A program made the translations under genes and the position numbers. A stretch of 64,000 bases of DNA from Hormiphora californensis (taxonomy: Eukaryota; Animalia; Ctenophora), in contig CM035360.1 in the NCBI GenBank assembly GCA_020137815.1, positions 620,001-684,000 of the forward strand, in the 5' to 3' direction. A model generated the notes under the pieces. The model had not been told where the DNA came from. It was given only the letters and a program-made list of their open reading frames with translations, and did not search any database. Positions 23,089 through 37,308 of the stretch are shown here, in pieces; positions within the stretch are counted from its first letter, which is position 1, and each line of letters starts with the position of its first letter.

Positions 23089-24343
23089 CCCTGATATATC
23101 CTCTTTTGACACTTCCCTCTCCTCTGGTGGGATGTCGGACTTGTTCGCCAGCACTATCATGTCCACATCCTCGTGAGAGTTCTAGTGGGGAATCACTTTG
23201 TTACTAGATGTGTTATAGGAATCACTTTGTCTTATAATTGAGAAATAGTACAACAATTTTATAGAAATAAATCCTGGGTACTTGCCTTACTGGGCCGGCA
23301 AGTGGTAAAATAAAAAGAAAGGGTGCATCAAAGTAAAACGATAATGGTCGCCCTAGAGCCAGATCAAAGAAATTGTACTAAAACTTTTAGGAGGAAAGTT
23401 AAGAAATATCTTTCCTCCCGGCAGCACGAGCAAACTGACACACGCAGACACTGGACACACATTTAAAAGACACACAGACAGACACACACACTGTATAGAC
23501 ATCTTACATCGATGATGTTCTGGAGCCACATCCTGATGTTAAGAAATGATTGTTGATCGTCCAACGCGAACACCATCACGATACCCTGCAGGGGGGTAAC
23601 ATGTGTAGTTTAGTTAGGGGAGGCCGAGGATGGGGCCGGGGGTTTTGTAATTGGGGGAGGGGGGTTTCTGTAGGGAATATTAACAGGTGTAGTTTTAAAT
23701 AAACAAACACCATCACGATACCCTGCAGGGTGGGTAACATGTGTTGGGGGAGGAATGGGGGGTTCTGCAGGGTAGTTTTAAATAAAAGGGACGTACTGGT
23801 ATAACCTGCATTTAAGTGAAATGGATGAACTAATTAACCAGGTAGAAACATGTGGTAACATGTGGTTATTACAACAGAGAAAGGGATCCAATTAGATAAA
23901 ACACTCACATCAGCCCCCCTATAATAAGGTTTTGTAATGGTATGAAATCGTTCCTGACCAGCTGTATCCCATATCTGCATCTTCACCTTCTTATTACTGA
24001 CAGTCACCGTCTTTATTTTGAAATCAATACCTGCCCGGGATTAGGAGGTGATTAAGACAAAGATACTAATTTTCCTCAGTATACTAATTGTTGTTATTAT
24101 GACTGTGCTCAGTGCTGACATGAAGCATGCCGGCGGAGCCATGATAACAAGGCAACCTGTAACACCACCTTGTAACATCTTGTAACACCTTGTAACACCT
24201 ACCAATAGTAGTCACCTACCGATTGTAGTCATGAAGGAAGGTGTAAATTCATTGTCCACGAATCTGACAAGGACTGCGGTTTTCCCCACCCCGCTGTCCC
24301 CGATCAACATCAACCGTACTAGATGGTCATACTTTTTTGCCAT
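23089..24343 (-). CDS. Partial duplicate (exons 1-4 only) of the Rab8/10-like gene (copy B)
   Basis: Exons 24220-24343, 23909-24030, 23508-23585 and 23089-23181 have intact splice sites. The 139 codons match copy A except for one L/P change. No G5 or C-terminal exons lie inside the duplicated unit. Confidence 0.85.
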
Positions 24344-25616
24344 ACAGATCTCGGTCTGTCTGTGCTGCTCCTCTCTCTCTCCTCTCACGCCATGGTGTAT
24401 TCGTTACATATGTATCACACTGTTAGCATTAGAAGTGGGATAACAAGAGCATGATATTTCAATTGCTTTCAAGCCTTGCGAAGATTTGAGATAGTCTCAA
24501 TCAGATATTGATTATTTTGTTCAAAATCGTTATTAACAAGGTAAACAACGATATAATGGTACTGAATCAAACAAATTGACAAACTCTTTAGGATTTTCAG
24601 TGAAGAAAATTTTGATAATGCAGCGTAAAAATTGTTTACCTCGTCAGAGATAACAAATCAAATGGATAACAAGTAAAAACGGATGTTTCAAAAAAAACTA
24701 AAAAGCAGATTAAAAACTCCCTTTTAATTTACCCTCTCTGGCGGCCAAGAACCCGATTTTATTCTCAAATCTGAGCGCACGGCAGTGCTCAAAGGCCAAG
24801 GCTTCTTATCAGAGTGGATTCAATGAAAGTGAAATAATTCTGGCAACTGTACTACTTTGTAACTTTTTTCTCTACTTTGTAACAAATATAATATACTTTG
24901 TAAATTGTAACTTTTTGGTGACGACTGACGTGTAGGATCACTGGATCAGCCGTCAGCGTTTTAGTCGAAATTTGAAAAATCTTCACCCAAAAACAAACTG
25001 AAAATGAGAGAGAAACTGAAAATGTGTTGGAAAGGAACTGAAAATGTGTTTGTTTCTGGCAGGGCAGAGCAGCGTCATCTTTCAAAAACATTGCGCGTTC
25101 CGTTTATTTCAGATTTTTTGCAGCGTAAACATAAAACTTCAGGTTAGGCGCGCGTCAAGAATTCCAAAAATAAAAGCAGAAATCTTGAAAATTTCAAAAA
25201 CTTGTTCTGAAATTTTTTCAAAGAACGGAAAAAGTCTACAAGCGCAATATTTGCAACCGGTTAGAGACCCTTTAAAAAGCTTGAAGACTTCGTCTGGATC
25301 CAGGAGCCTCAAGGAGACTGACATGTGACACATAATGGACTTACCACAGCATGAGGGGATGGCAAACAGTAGTCAGAGGCACCGCTTTTGGAATTCGTAG
25401 CTGGTAGCAAGTGTTTTTAGCATATTTAGTTACTCTGTACTACTCTAATGAAGAACATACCCCAACACCGATTGGTATCACTTTTTAACAGCAACCACAT
25501 GTGGAGTTAATCGCAGTCTCTTACACATCGATCATTAGCCCCGGTGGCCGGTGTTGCCTGTTGGCTAGGTAGGGTGCTACTCAAATAGTTTAGGCTATGG
25601 AGCTGGAGACCCGAAA

Positions 25617-26325
25617 ATCAATCAATCAATCAATCAAAGAACCTCTCATGGAGGGGTCGCCGCTTTTATGGGCAGTTATATAGAATTAGTAATTATATGT
25701 CACGCTATGAATTAAAATAAACATTATTTGGATTTGAATGGGATTAGGTGGAATTTAGTACGGATCGCGTGGTTGACAGTGAAATATATCTAAGCTATCT
25801 ATGGGAGACCAGATGTAGAGAGAGAGAGGGGATTGGAGATCACATTTCATTTGGCTAGAGATACTGGAGAATAAGTGTCCCCCCACGCGTCAGCGTCTGA
25901 GTTTAGGGTCTAGGTTGGGGAGAGATTGAATTTCGAGGAGTAATTTTGTGACGCTTCTTTTGAATGGGTCAAAGAATTTGTTACTTAACTTAGTTTGTTT
26001 TGCACTGTCATTGTTGCTATTCTTCGACGCGAGTTGGACTATTTTATTGTAGTGTCTGGGGCCAACGTAAGCGATTTGGTAATTTGAGCGAGTTAGTCTA
26101 AAATAGCGAAAAACGAAAACATTTGACTGCTCCTGCCGTGTGCTGTGACAGGTGGGGAGTAGGATACTTTGTTGGAATAGGCTAGTGATTTGCGTTGGTG
26201 CAACTCCTAGTCTGACCTTTTGCAATATCCCTACAATGTTTTTTGAGATCAGATTGGGAAGGGCTAGGAGAGAGAGTTTTCTAAAAATGGGTTTGGTGTG
26301 AGTGGGAATCTTGTTATTGGATGGA
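25617..26325 (-). mobile_element. 5'-truncated CR1/L2-group LINE (ORF2 C-terminus, 3' UTR and (TTGA)n tail)
   Basis: ORF 25890-26345 contains HTKPIFRKLSLL...HSTR...IAYVGPRHYNKI, typical of the post-RT region of CR1/L2-like ORF2. Microsatellite tail at 25617-25636. Present in unit B only. Confidence 0.75.
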
Positions 26326-26864
26326 CATTTCGAAGTCCGTCCCATCGCATTATGTGCAAGATTGCAATATCATAAACTCTGGATGGATGCCCTAGAATAA
26401 ACCTGGTGATGGGTGTACTGTACATGACCGTCATCTTATCGACTTCTTTACCCCCTATTTATTATGGATACGATACGATAAAGTACGCAGAAAGGTTGTG
26501 AATTTTGTTTGAAGAATCCAGTCCCAATGTTTATTAATTATTATCCAAGTCAGTAGAGTTATAGTAAAGCTGTGAGGGACCCCACCTGAACTAACTAACT
26601 TAGAAAATAATTATTCTACCACCTTCAGAATTGATAATTTGTGGCAACCTGTTGGTCAATAATTCCGATTTCCTATAAGCATTCCCCCCCCCCCCCCGAG
26701 TTTCTTCTATCACTTTTAATGAGACAAGTTCCTGGCATCTGCCTATTGCTGCAGAGTGTGAGTAGAGCGTGATAGTTCTATGCAGACTACTCACGGTCAA
26801 GAAATTGTACATTGTGTCAGACCGTGTCAAGGTGGCAACACTTTATTACCTACCACTCCCAATC

Positions 26865-26916
<52 letters not shown>

Positions 26917-27765
26917 CTCTCTCTTCTCTCCTCTCTCTCTCTCTCTCTCTCTATCTCTCTTTTCTCTCCCTCTCCCTTCCCTCTCTCTCTCCCCTCTCTC
27001 TCTCTCTCCTCTCTCTCTCTTCTCTCTCTCTCTCCTCTCTCTCTCTCTCACACACATTGGTGCAGCCACGGGGGAAGAAGTGTTCGGAACACTGTGTTCA
27101 AATGGAAACCTTGAAACTGTTGTAAAATGTTGGAAAAATGAGTGCAGACCATGATAGTGAGAGAGTGAGAAAGAGAGAAAGTGAGATATGTTTTATGACC
27201 TGTGTACGTCTTTGGATAATAGCTCTTTCCGAAGTTAAACTTCAAGCCTATCGTGTTTACTATGTTACATCACCAGGACTCATTCCTACTCTTAACAAAA
27301 TTAATAATGAATATTATCCTTGTTATCCCATTCATGATTGTTTGATCTATTTTGCCATTAACAGCGACAACTCTATAAACGTTGTCAACCCGGCGGGGGG
27401 AGTCAGTGTGATGTGTCAACGAGGGTGAAGTTATACAGGGCCAAACTGTTAAGTTGTTGAGGGAGAGTTAAAGTTATCGGTCTCCTTCAGCATCACTTCA
27501 CACTCTCTTTCTCTCTCCTTTCCTGACGTACTCCATCTATTTAATTCAGTACCTTCGGCTTACCCCTATCTCTCTCTCTTGATAGTATAGTTTACCATCG
27601 TTCCTGTCATCTCAATCCGTCTCTCTCTTTCCTCATCTCTCTCTCTCCGGTCATCTCTCGTACTCTCTCTCTCTCGTCTCTCCTCTCGTCTCTCTCCTCT
27701 CCTCTCTCTACTCTCTGTCTCTCTCTCTGCTTCCTCCTCTCTTCTCTCTTCATCGTTCTCTCCTC

Positions 27766-27803
<38 letters not shown>

Positions 27804-28051
27804 AACTTCATGCTTATTGGTAGTTCGGACAGGTTGACCGGGTTGATAACCGTACTAGTGCAGTTTACTCTCCTTCTCGGTGCATGTGGTGTGTGTGTGT
27901 GTGTGAGCAACGTGTTCAATGTTTTGTGTGTATGCGAGATTTCCTACTTTTACCCGGCATTTCCTTCTTTTTATTTTGGATATATTTCATTATGTATGTT
28001 AAGTACTGTACATCATATTCTTCCACTTGTGACCTGTGTAGCAGCATTATA

Positions 28052-28687
28052 CAGGGTGTTCATTTTGGATCTTTACAAGCGTTGGGCTTCACCCAGAAAA
28101 AAGTTGACAAGATTAGGTCATGAAACTTCATACTTGGACTATTCTATACCCTCATTCAAGATTCCTGGGGTTTTTGGAGCTTTAGGACCCCGGAAAGTGT
28201 GTTTTTGGCATTAAAACTACCAGAAGGAATTTTTTGCTGGTGCTGAGACTTTGCTAAAATGTTTTTGGGTATTTTCTATGTCAATCCTAAAGTTTCATAG
28301 AGATTGGATGTGTTTTTCAGAATCAAAATTTCGTAAAAAGTGGCTGGAAAGACTCAATTTTAGCCGTTTTTGAGCTGTTTTCGAGCCTTTCCAGCCACTT
28401 TTATCGAGATTTTGAGTCCGAAAAACACATCCAATCTCTATGAAACTTTAGGATTGACATAGAAAATACCCAAAAAACATTTTAGCAAAGTCTCAGCACC
28501 AGCAAAAAATTCCTTCCGGTAGTTTTGATGCCAAAAACACACTTCCCGGGGTGCTAGAGCTCCAAAACCCCCAGGAACCTTGAATGAGGGTATAGAATAG
28601 TCCAAGTATGAAGTTTCATGACCTGATCTTGTCAACTTTTTTCTAGGTGAAGGCCAACGCTTGTAAAGATCCAAAATGAACACCCAG
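28052..28687. mobile_element. Tc1/mariner-type foldback MITE, copy 1
   Basis: TA|CAGGGTGTTCATTTTGGATC ... GATCCAAAATGAACACCCAG|TA, with ~300-bp arms. A second copy is at 52258-52894. Confidence 0.9.
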
Positions 28688-28896
28688 TACTTCAATCTAT
28701 AGTAATCTGTCGCTATCGAGCAATTTAACTTCGGAGATGAATTATAATGGAGCATTTGAAGTTACGGGGACATTTGAAATTTCCTTGCCTGGGGGTGCCT
28801 GAACAACGAGTTCCAGGAATTTGACCCCAGTTTGCCATGACATTTTCGACAGAGGGAGAGGCCCACCCACTATGTTGCATTGTGTGATTCTCACTC

Positions 28897-28962
<66 letters not shown>

Positions 28963-29056
28963 ATGTGCTTGTAAACATTTAAATACAGAGCATGGGTCAA
29001 ATATTAACCTGTCTCTCTCTCCCTTCTTTCCTAACCTCTCTCTCTCCCCTCTTTAC

Positions 29057-29123
<67 letters not shown>

Positions 29124-29756
29124 GGTACATGTCTCTCTCTCCCCTTCTTTACATGTCTCTCTCTCCCCTTCTTTACATGTCTCTCTCTCTCCTTCTTTCC
29201 TAACCCCTCTCTCTCCCCCTCTCTTTACATGTCTCTCTCTCCCCTTCTTTCCTAATCCACCAAATTAAATACTCTCCCTCTCCCAATCCATGCTTATTTA
29301 CAGCAGGTTTGCCCCTCCCACCAGGCCTGCTTGTATTATTAAATTAATATACTACTATCTTAAGAAAAGTCCATACGTTTGGTATTGCTTATAATCCAAG
29401 CTAAAGTGACCAAAATTGACCAATACATCAGGCTCTTCATCCTTGGCCAACTTTTTTTAAAGCTCGGGGGTTTATTGGAAACCCGAAATTACCTAAAATT
29501 ATTATTATTAAACGCTTAGTTATCTAATTAATCCCTGCACTAATTAACATATTAAACCATTACTAATTATCTAATTAAACCTATTACTGCTCAACTAATT
29601 ACACCCTTCACTAATTAACTAAACCCATTGCTAGGATGGCACCCCTCTGACCGGATATGGTTAGCAATATCACCACACAGCTGAAAATGTCTACACTCAA
29701 TGATAAATTATTTCCCGACACCTTGGTGAGTAAAGGTTGCCATGGTTACTATCATC

Positions 29757-29851
29757 ACCTTTACTTACCATGGTAACCATGGTAACCAATACCCTTACCA
29801 TGATGGTGAGTAAGGGTATTGGTTACCATGGTTACCATGGTAAGTAAAGGT
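29757..29851. repeat. Perfect 42-bp-arm hairpin built from ACCATGGT(A/T) repeats
   Basis: ACCTTTACTTACCATGGTAACCATGGTAACCAATACCCTTAC and its exact reverse complement, with an 11-nt loop. Confidence 0.85.
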
Positions 29852-30152
29852 ATTGGTTGCCATGGTATGTTTTATTTTTTAGAAAATTCCTCACTATCAC
29901 AATTGAAGCTACATTTTGTTAATTGTTGTACATTCATTTCCAGTAGACTTTGGTCTAATTTGAATAATTGATCACACTAGACTCCCCTCTCACCCTGGCG
30001 ACAAGCAGGGTGCATGTTACTCGCTGTGCAAACACAGCCGGGGGGGGCGAGGTTAGAGAGGGCGCTGTGCAAACACAGCCGGGGGGGGGAGGTTAGAGAG
30101 GGTTAGATAGGGTCCATCTCAGAGAGGAGGGAGTCTTGGTTGGTCAGAATAC

Positions 30153-30472
30153 GGGGAACTAGAAAGTGAGAGAAAAGGTTCTTTGGGAACTTAGAAAGTG
30201 AGAAAAAAACATCTTTGGGAACTTAGAAAGTGAGAGAAAAGGTTCTTTGGGAACTTAGAAAGTGAGAGAAAAGGTTCTTTGGGAACTTAGAAAGTGAGAT
30301 AAAAGGTTCTTTGGGAACTTAGAAAGTGAGATAAAAGCATCTTCGGGAACTTAGAAAGTGGTAGAAAAGCATCTTTGGGAACTTAGAAAGTGGGATAAAA
30401 GGTTCTTTGGGAACTTAGAAAGTGAGAGAAAAGGTTCTTTGGGAACTTAGAAAGTGAGAGAAAAGGTTCTTT
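30153..30472. repeat. 32-bp minisatellite (~10 copies)
   Basis: Unit GGGAACTTAGAAAGTGAGAGAAAAGGTTCTTT. Confidence 0.9.
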
Positions 30473-30748
30473 TTAGAGACAACACAATTAGAGGGGGCAG
30501 AGAAGGGCTGGATAGTTTCTGCATTGTCCCCTCATCTAATTACTGGACGGGGATGTGTGGTGTTTAGAAGAATGTGAACCAGGTTGCAGAGGGGGGGGGG
30601 GGGGGAGATACTTGTAGTACGTGGTGGATATCGAAAAAGCAGCATCTGGTTGGGTTAAGTGTTTTAAATGGTTAGAACCTTCTAGAAGGAATATATTGCA
30701 TTCTATAGTCTTTAGCCTACTCTCTTTCCTTTCTCTCTTTCTTTGCGA

Positions 30749-30826
<78 letters not shown>

Positions 30827-31291
30827 ACACTCCCTTGCTTTCTCTATCCCTCGCATTTACGTACTATCTTTACTCTCCATACTTGCCCTCTTATCCGGCA
30901 GCTAAGGAGCAGCACAAATTTCTAAAAACCTGCATTCTGGCCCTCCTGGCAGCGACTTATATTCTCAACCTGGCAGCCGCTGTTTGAACCTCGTCCCCGG
31001 GTCATTCGTCCGTAGGTACAACACATATATTCAAAAAGAGCTGAGACATTAGAAGAGAAATAGTGTTTGAAAAAAAGGAATAATCTCATAGAGAGGAGCC
31101 GGTTCTGCAGCAGCAGGTAACCCTCTTTTACCGGAGTGAGAAGGGAGAGGGTGGCTGGAGGAGGGAAGGGTTGCAGGAGAGAAGGAGGAGGGGGGGGTTG
31201 GATATTCAGTTTTCCTGGCAACCTGCCCATATGGTTATCACATTAACATTGCCTGTTTGTGTGTTGTAGGGAGGAAGGGAGAGAGAGAGAA

Positions 31292-31393
<102 letters not shown>

Positions 31394-32017
31394 GGGGTTG
31401 TAGATTTCTTTGTGTATTGGTTTACATAGAGGTGTGTTGGTAATTTTGAGGTCTTTGACGTTTCACCTACACCCCATTTCATCCCATTTAATTTATATCT
31501 CCATTATAATTATTGATTAAAATAACATTGACCTTCTTTCAGATCGATCCACAGAGCACAAGTAACACAATTACAAGTGAGTTAATATATAAATTAGGGA
31601 CCCAATATTATTATTATTATGAGGGGGCGGGGTGGGGTAGGGGGTGGTGGTTACTTTCTATATTATACCGAAACATACACCACTCATCTAAGTTGTTCCA
31701 CTAAAACTCTAACTTCCATTATATACCGTCACGCCCATCTATACTTTAAATGTGCGGCACTTTAGAGACCCTTACTCAGAAGGAGATATATATATTCTGG
31801 CAGCAAGCCAAATTGATATAGCACGAAAGTGTGAGTGCTCTCTTCTCTACCTCTCTCCCCCCCCCCCCACCCTCCCTGATGAACTGTCTCCCCCTACAAA
31901 TCAATATCCAGCAAGTGATCTTCAGGGCATCCCACACGCACAGGGTCATTACTACTCATTTGCAGACAAAAACAGGGGCAGAGAAATGTCGATTATCACC
32001 CCCACGGCTCTATTCAT

Positions 32018-32087
<70 letters not shown>

Positions 32088-32101
32088 GCTCGCTCTCTCT
32101 A

Positions 32102-32163
<62 letters not shown>

Positions 32164-32308
32164 AAACAGACTGCCTTTGTTATGGAGACTATTGTGGGCT
32201 GAAAAGGGAAATGTCAGCTATGACGCGTCCTAGGCCATGAGCATCGCTTTTGGGTACACAGATGTGTGAGGCCTTCATTCATTATACACACACTAGGATT
32301 AGTGTCGA

Positions 32309-32383
<75 letters not shown>

Positions 32384-32602
32384 GATTAATACCGGCATGC
32401 CCTACAAATTTAATGGAAGTACAATGGGACGGTGAAATGACTTTTTCTAATCTACAAGATGGGACCTTCGTCTCCCACACACTATCCCTCCCCTTCAACG
32501 CAAGCAGTTGAAACCTTTTTGGCGGTGTTCTTAGGATAAAGGAAAGGGATGGGTCAGCGAGCTTAACGTTTACATGGTAACCACCACAGTACACCAAGGC
32601 CT

Positions 32603-32673
<71 letters not shown>

Positions 32674-34098
32674 GTTCAGCAACTCTTTTTCTCAATATAT
32701 ATCTCTTTTAAGCTGAGCTCTCTTATTTTGCTCTTTTCTCTTTACATATACCCTTCTCCATTATAATTGACCTCAAAACGCTTAAAAAGTTAAACGCTCA
32801 GGTAGGGCGAGTATGTTATAGTTTTATCTTTTCTTTTTTCAAACTCTTCTTTTCCCTACTAATTATTCCTTCAGTATCCTATAACAGCTGCCAACATAAC
32901 ATCAGGTCCATATTTCCCTTTTTAACAACCTCTCTCTATCCTAAATGTCGGTTTTAACAAGTGTTTGAGAACTCAATCCAATCGGTTTTTGTTTTTCTCC
33001 TGTGTTTCTCATATTACTCGTTATATATTTAAAATGTTTCTCGAATATACTGCGTTCCTTTGTCCGATGGGCAGGTGCTATGTTGCTGCCGGTGCGGCGT
33101 GTTCTATGAGTTGATAGTTGTTGGTACTCTACTGCGGCGCGGGACAAAACTCAGCACCTTCCCCACGGAACTAGCAAATCCAGGGTGAAGTCAAAGAGAG
33201 TTGGTATAGTTAGTATGCGCTAACTGCGCCGCACCACGCGCAGAGAGCAGCCAAAATAGGAAACTAGCGAGAGAGAGGTGAACTCACTTTTCTCTTTCTC
33301 GAGTTTTTCTTTCTCGGCGACTCCCCATTTCTTTCTATTTCTCTTTGTTGCAATACGGTTACCTCTATTCTCTCGTTGTTTTACCCTGTTATGTTTTCTC
33401 TAAATGTCTCATTTTTGGTCACGCTTACTTAAAACTCTCTTCGTGCGACGTGCCTTTATATTAGCATTGCAGGGCTTCCACTGCAGTATTTAGTAAAAGT
33501 ATACTATTCTTCTCTCCTGTTGAAGTGTGCCCACTAGTGGTTACATATGCGAAGCTTGAAGGGCCCTTCTATTAAAGAGAGAGAAAGAGATGGGCGAGAG
33601 AGAGGGGGGAGGGAGCCATTATAGAGGGGGCCAGAGCGTCAGGCAGCCTGATGGATTTCTATAGGCGCAACCTACCATTAAAGGATCCAGCTGGTATAAG
33701 TTATTGAGTCTATATAATGGCATATGTTATCTCTCTCTCTCTCTCTCTCTCAAAGATGCCCATAATAGTGGTATTGCTCTGTTGTAGACAGCTTATGGGC
33801 GATATTACTAGGTAGGGAGGGAGTAAGGTAGGTACAGAAAAACAAAGAGTGGGGAAGAGATGGGGGTATATATTACTATTTGCGACTATTGATGGTTATG
33901 GTAATACGGCCCCTTGTTCCACCCTCTCTCTCCCCTCTCCGGGGGATCTAATTGGGCCCTACAGGGGACTAGTTGGCATACACGCCCCTTATTATAGCTC
34001 TCTCATATTTCCACCTAATGTTCTGTCCCTCCATTCTCTCTTCTTCTGTCATCTCTATCTCTCTCTCTCCCCTATCTCTCTCTTTCTATCCCCCTCTC

Positions 34099-34136
<38 letters not shown>

Positions 34137-34426
34137 TCTCTCTTTTTCTCTCGCACTCTGTCTTCAAAATAAGTGTCCACATGTGCATTTGTATGATTAA
34201 GAATCTTTACCGCAGCAGTTTTTCCTACAGTCACATAACTAAAGCCTAGCTACATAATATTTGTCGTTTTTCTTCCCTTCAAATTTTACAGGCCCGTCCA
34301 TTTAGCATTTTCCTGCTAAATTTATCTCTTTTTGTCATACAGCAGCAATCTAGCCTCGCTTCCGGACCTACATTGCTCTATCATTCTCCTGCTATCTCTC
34401 TCTTCATCTCTCTCTTCTCTCTCTCC

Positions 34427-34461
<35 letters not shown>

Positions 34462-34524
34462 TCGTTATCGACACGCTCTCTCTCTTTCTTGTTCTCGCTC
34501 GCGCTCTCTCTCTTTCTCTCTCTT

Positions 34525-34565
<41 letters not shown>

Positions 34566-34798
34566 ACTTTATCTCTTCTCTCTCTCTCTCTCTTCTTCCG
34601 CACTCATCCCGAGTCCTGTGAACTGCAACATCAAAGATAGTAAGATCTCTGTAAGTGATCTCTCTCTTTCTAATCTCTCTTCTCTCTCTAGTCTCTTCCT
34701 ATCTCTCTCGCTTCATTCCCCGGTATGTTTTCCCACACACTGTGCTGGATCACGTGATATAATGTCTGGGCTTTGAGTGGTTGAGTGATCCTGGCACT

Positions 34799-34887
<89 letters not shown>

Positions 34888-35080
34888 TTAATGGCTGTCT
34901 TCCTGTACGCAGTGCGTTGCAGTAGACTCGGCTATTGTGTGTGCGAGAAGTTCGGTGCGTATCCGCCTATCAGATCCCACAAATGTGGACATGTGACCAA
35001 AAATAACCACTAGAAAGTGGGCTTGGAGTGGGCCACGTGATGTAATGGAGACATTCTCCCGAGTGTGACATCCCCCCTCT

Positions 35081-35111
<31 letters not shown>

Positions 35112-36679
35112 TCTCTCTCTCTCTCTCTTCTCTCTCTCCTCTCTCTCTCTCTCTGTCCCCCCCCCTCCTCTCTCTCTCTATCTCTCTCTCTTCTATCTCT
35201 CCTCTCTCTCCTCTCTCTCTCTCTCTCTCATCCTCTAAACAGCTGTACAAGATATGCTTCCTGATCCATGAAATTAGTTCCCCGAAACTGCACTATATCA
35301 CAGGATGATGGCCCCTTCCTCCCCTTAGACCGTTTAACTATGGGCCAAATTCACAATGTTATAGCGGGCCCTACCAATAATAGCCTTGTCTCGCTCTCTC
35401 TCTCTCTCTCACTCTCTTGCTCTATCTCTCTCTCTCTCTCTCTCTCTCACTCTCTCTCTCTCTCTCTCTCTATCTCTCCCTATCTCTCTCCCTCTATCTC
35501 TCTATCTCGCTCTATCTCCCTCTCACTCTCTTGCTTTACACCCATTGGATATATCATTGTCTATTGTAGGTGTGATAGTTGCACACTTGTTTTCTATCTT
35601 TTGCAAAGTTTGTTCAAGACTTTTTCCAAAATTGGCTTGGTTCAACCGCGGCTGACAACTATCTTGCGATAGAATGGATGAAAGAGAGAGAGAGAGAGAG
35701 AGAGAAAAAGAGAGAATGAAATTTGTTTTGTTGCCGAGCTGTGTGTCTCTGGTCTCTGATTGCTTTTGTGTGCGATAGGTAGTGTACTGTTTGTGTCGAT
35801 TGTTCCCTCTCTCTATCGCTATCGTTTCTCTCTCTATTCTCTCTCTCACGGTCTGGCAAAATTCCATGCCAATTATGCGTCGCCCTGAGAAGTGAACAAT
35901 TGATGCTACCCCAACCATCATGTGATCTGCTAGATATGTGTTGAGTGACCTTCTTTGTGAAATATTCATTCAATAAAATGAGAGCAAGAGAGAGAGACTG
36001 AGCATGGGGAGAGAGAGAAAAAGAGAGAAAGAGAAGGGAAGGGGGATAACAAAAAGAGGGAGAGCAACAAGAGGAGAGAGGACGGAGGAGAGGAAGGAAG
36101 AGAGAGGAGAGAGAGGGGGGGGGGGGGGGGGGGGAGAGGGAGGAGGAGGACGAGAGGGGAGAGGGAGAGAGGAAACCCCGATTTTATCAGCTTGGTTTAT
36201 CAGCAAACAAGGGGCCCATCAGGTGCTCCATTGTAGGATCAAGTTAACCTCAGTTCCTCGCATCCTTCTTGATCGTTCCCTGGCGCTCTTACTATATCTC
36301 TCTCTCTCTCTCTCCATCTCTCTCTCTCTCTCTTTCTCTCTCTCTATCCCGGCTAATTGTGGTGTCTGCTAATTGTATTGCTGCAGAGCTGTGCAATGTG
36401 CCACACAAAATGTTTCGGCGTGGCACCTACTATCTCTTGACTATCTTTCTCTCGCACTATCTCTCGCACTATCTCTCTCTCTATCTCTCTCTCTCTATCC
36501 CTCACTTCCTACCCAGTGCCGCGGCAGCTAGTAGGAAACGCCACCTCCAGTATTTGTTGAGTATCTCTCTGATTGGTTCACTGCAAGTCACGTGATCTGC
36601 AACAAAGTGCAACCATTGGTGGATCTATATTTTCTCTGCAGCACACTTTGCCAGGACTGTGCTGCTGTCTGCATGCGTG

Positions 36680-36749
<70 letters not shown>

Positions 36750-37246
36750 CCCTCTCTCTCTTTCTCTCTCTCTATTTTCTCTCTCTCTCTCCTCTCTCTC
36801 TCCTCCTCTCTCTCTTCTCTCTCTCTCTCTCCTTCTCTATCTCTCTCTATCCCACACTACCAGCTTGACTGCCATCTACTGCTATAACTGTTGCTCTGTA
36901 TGCTATCCCTGTTAGCTAGGTTGTCGCAGCTGTGTGTGCCCAGAATTCAGTGCCCAGTTTTTTGTGACCAGGGAATAGTAGTACATGTGTGCTCTGTGTT
37001 TTTATCCTCTTCCCGTACTACGTGCGCTGTGTTGTGTTTTGTTCAAGTGTGCTCTGTGTAAACCTGTGCATTTTCATCTCTCTATCTTTCTTTCTAGCTC
37101 TCTATCTTTCTTTCTACAGCTCTCGTTCTATCTTTCTTTCTAGCTCTCGTTCTATCTTTCTACCTTGCTTTCGTTCTATCTTTCTTTATAGCTCTCTGAG
37201 GATTATGTATACGACGTCTTAAATACACTGTTATTAAAAAAATATT

Positions 37247-37308
<62 letters not shown>

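Noticed and set aside
27810-28755. Repeated ORF 'ILDLYKRWASPRKKLTRLGHETSYLDYS' as a gene family
   Set aside because: It arises from both arms of a foldback MITE (also at 52258-52894) and has no transposase motifs.
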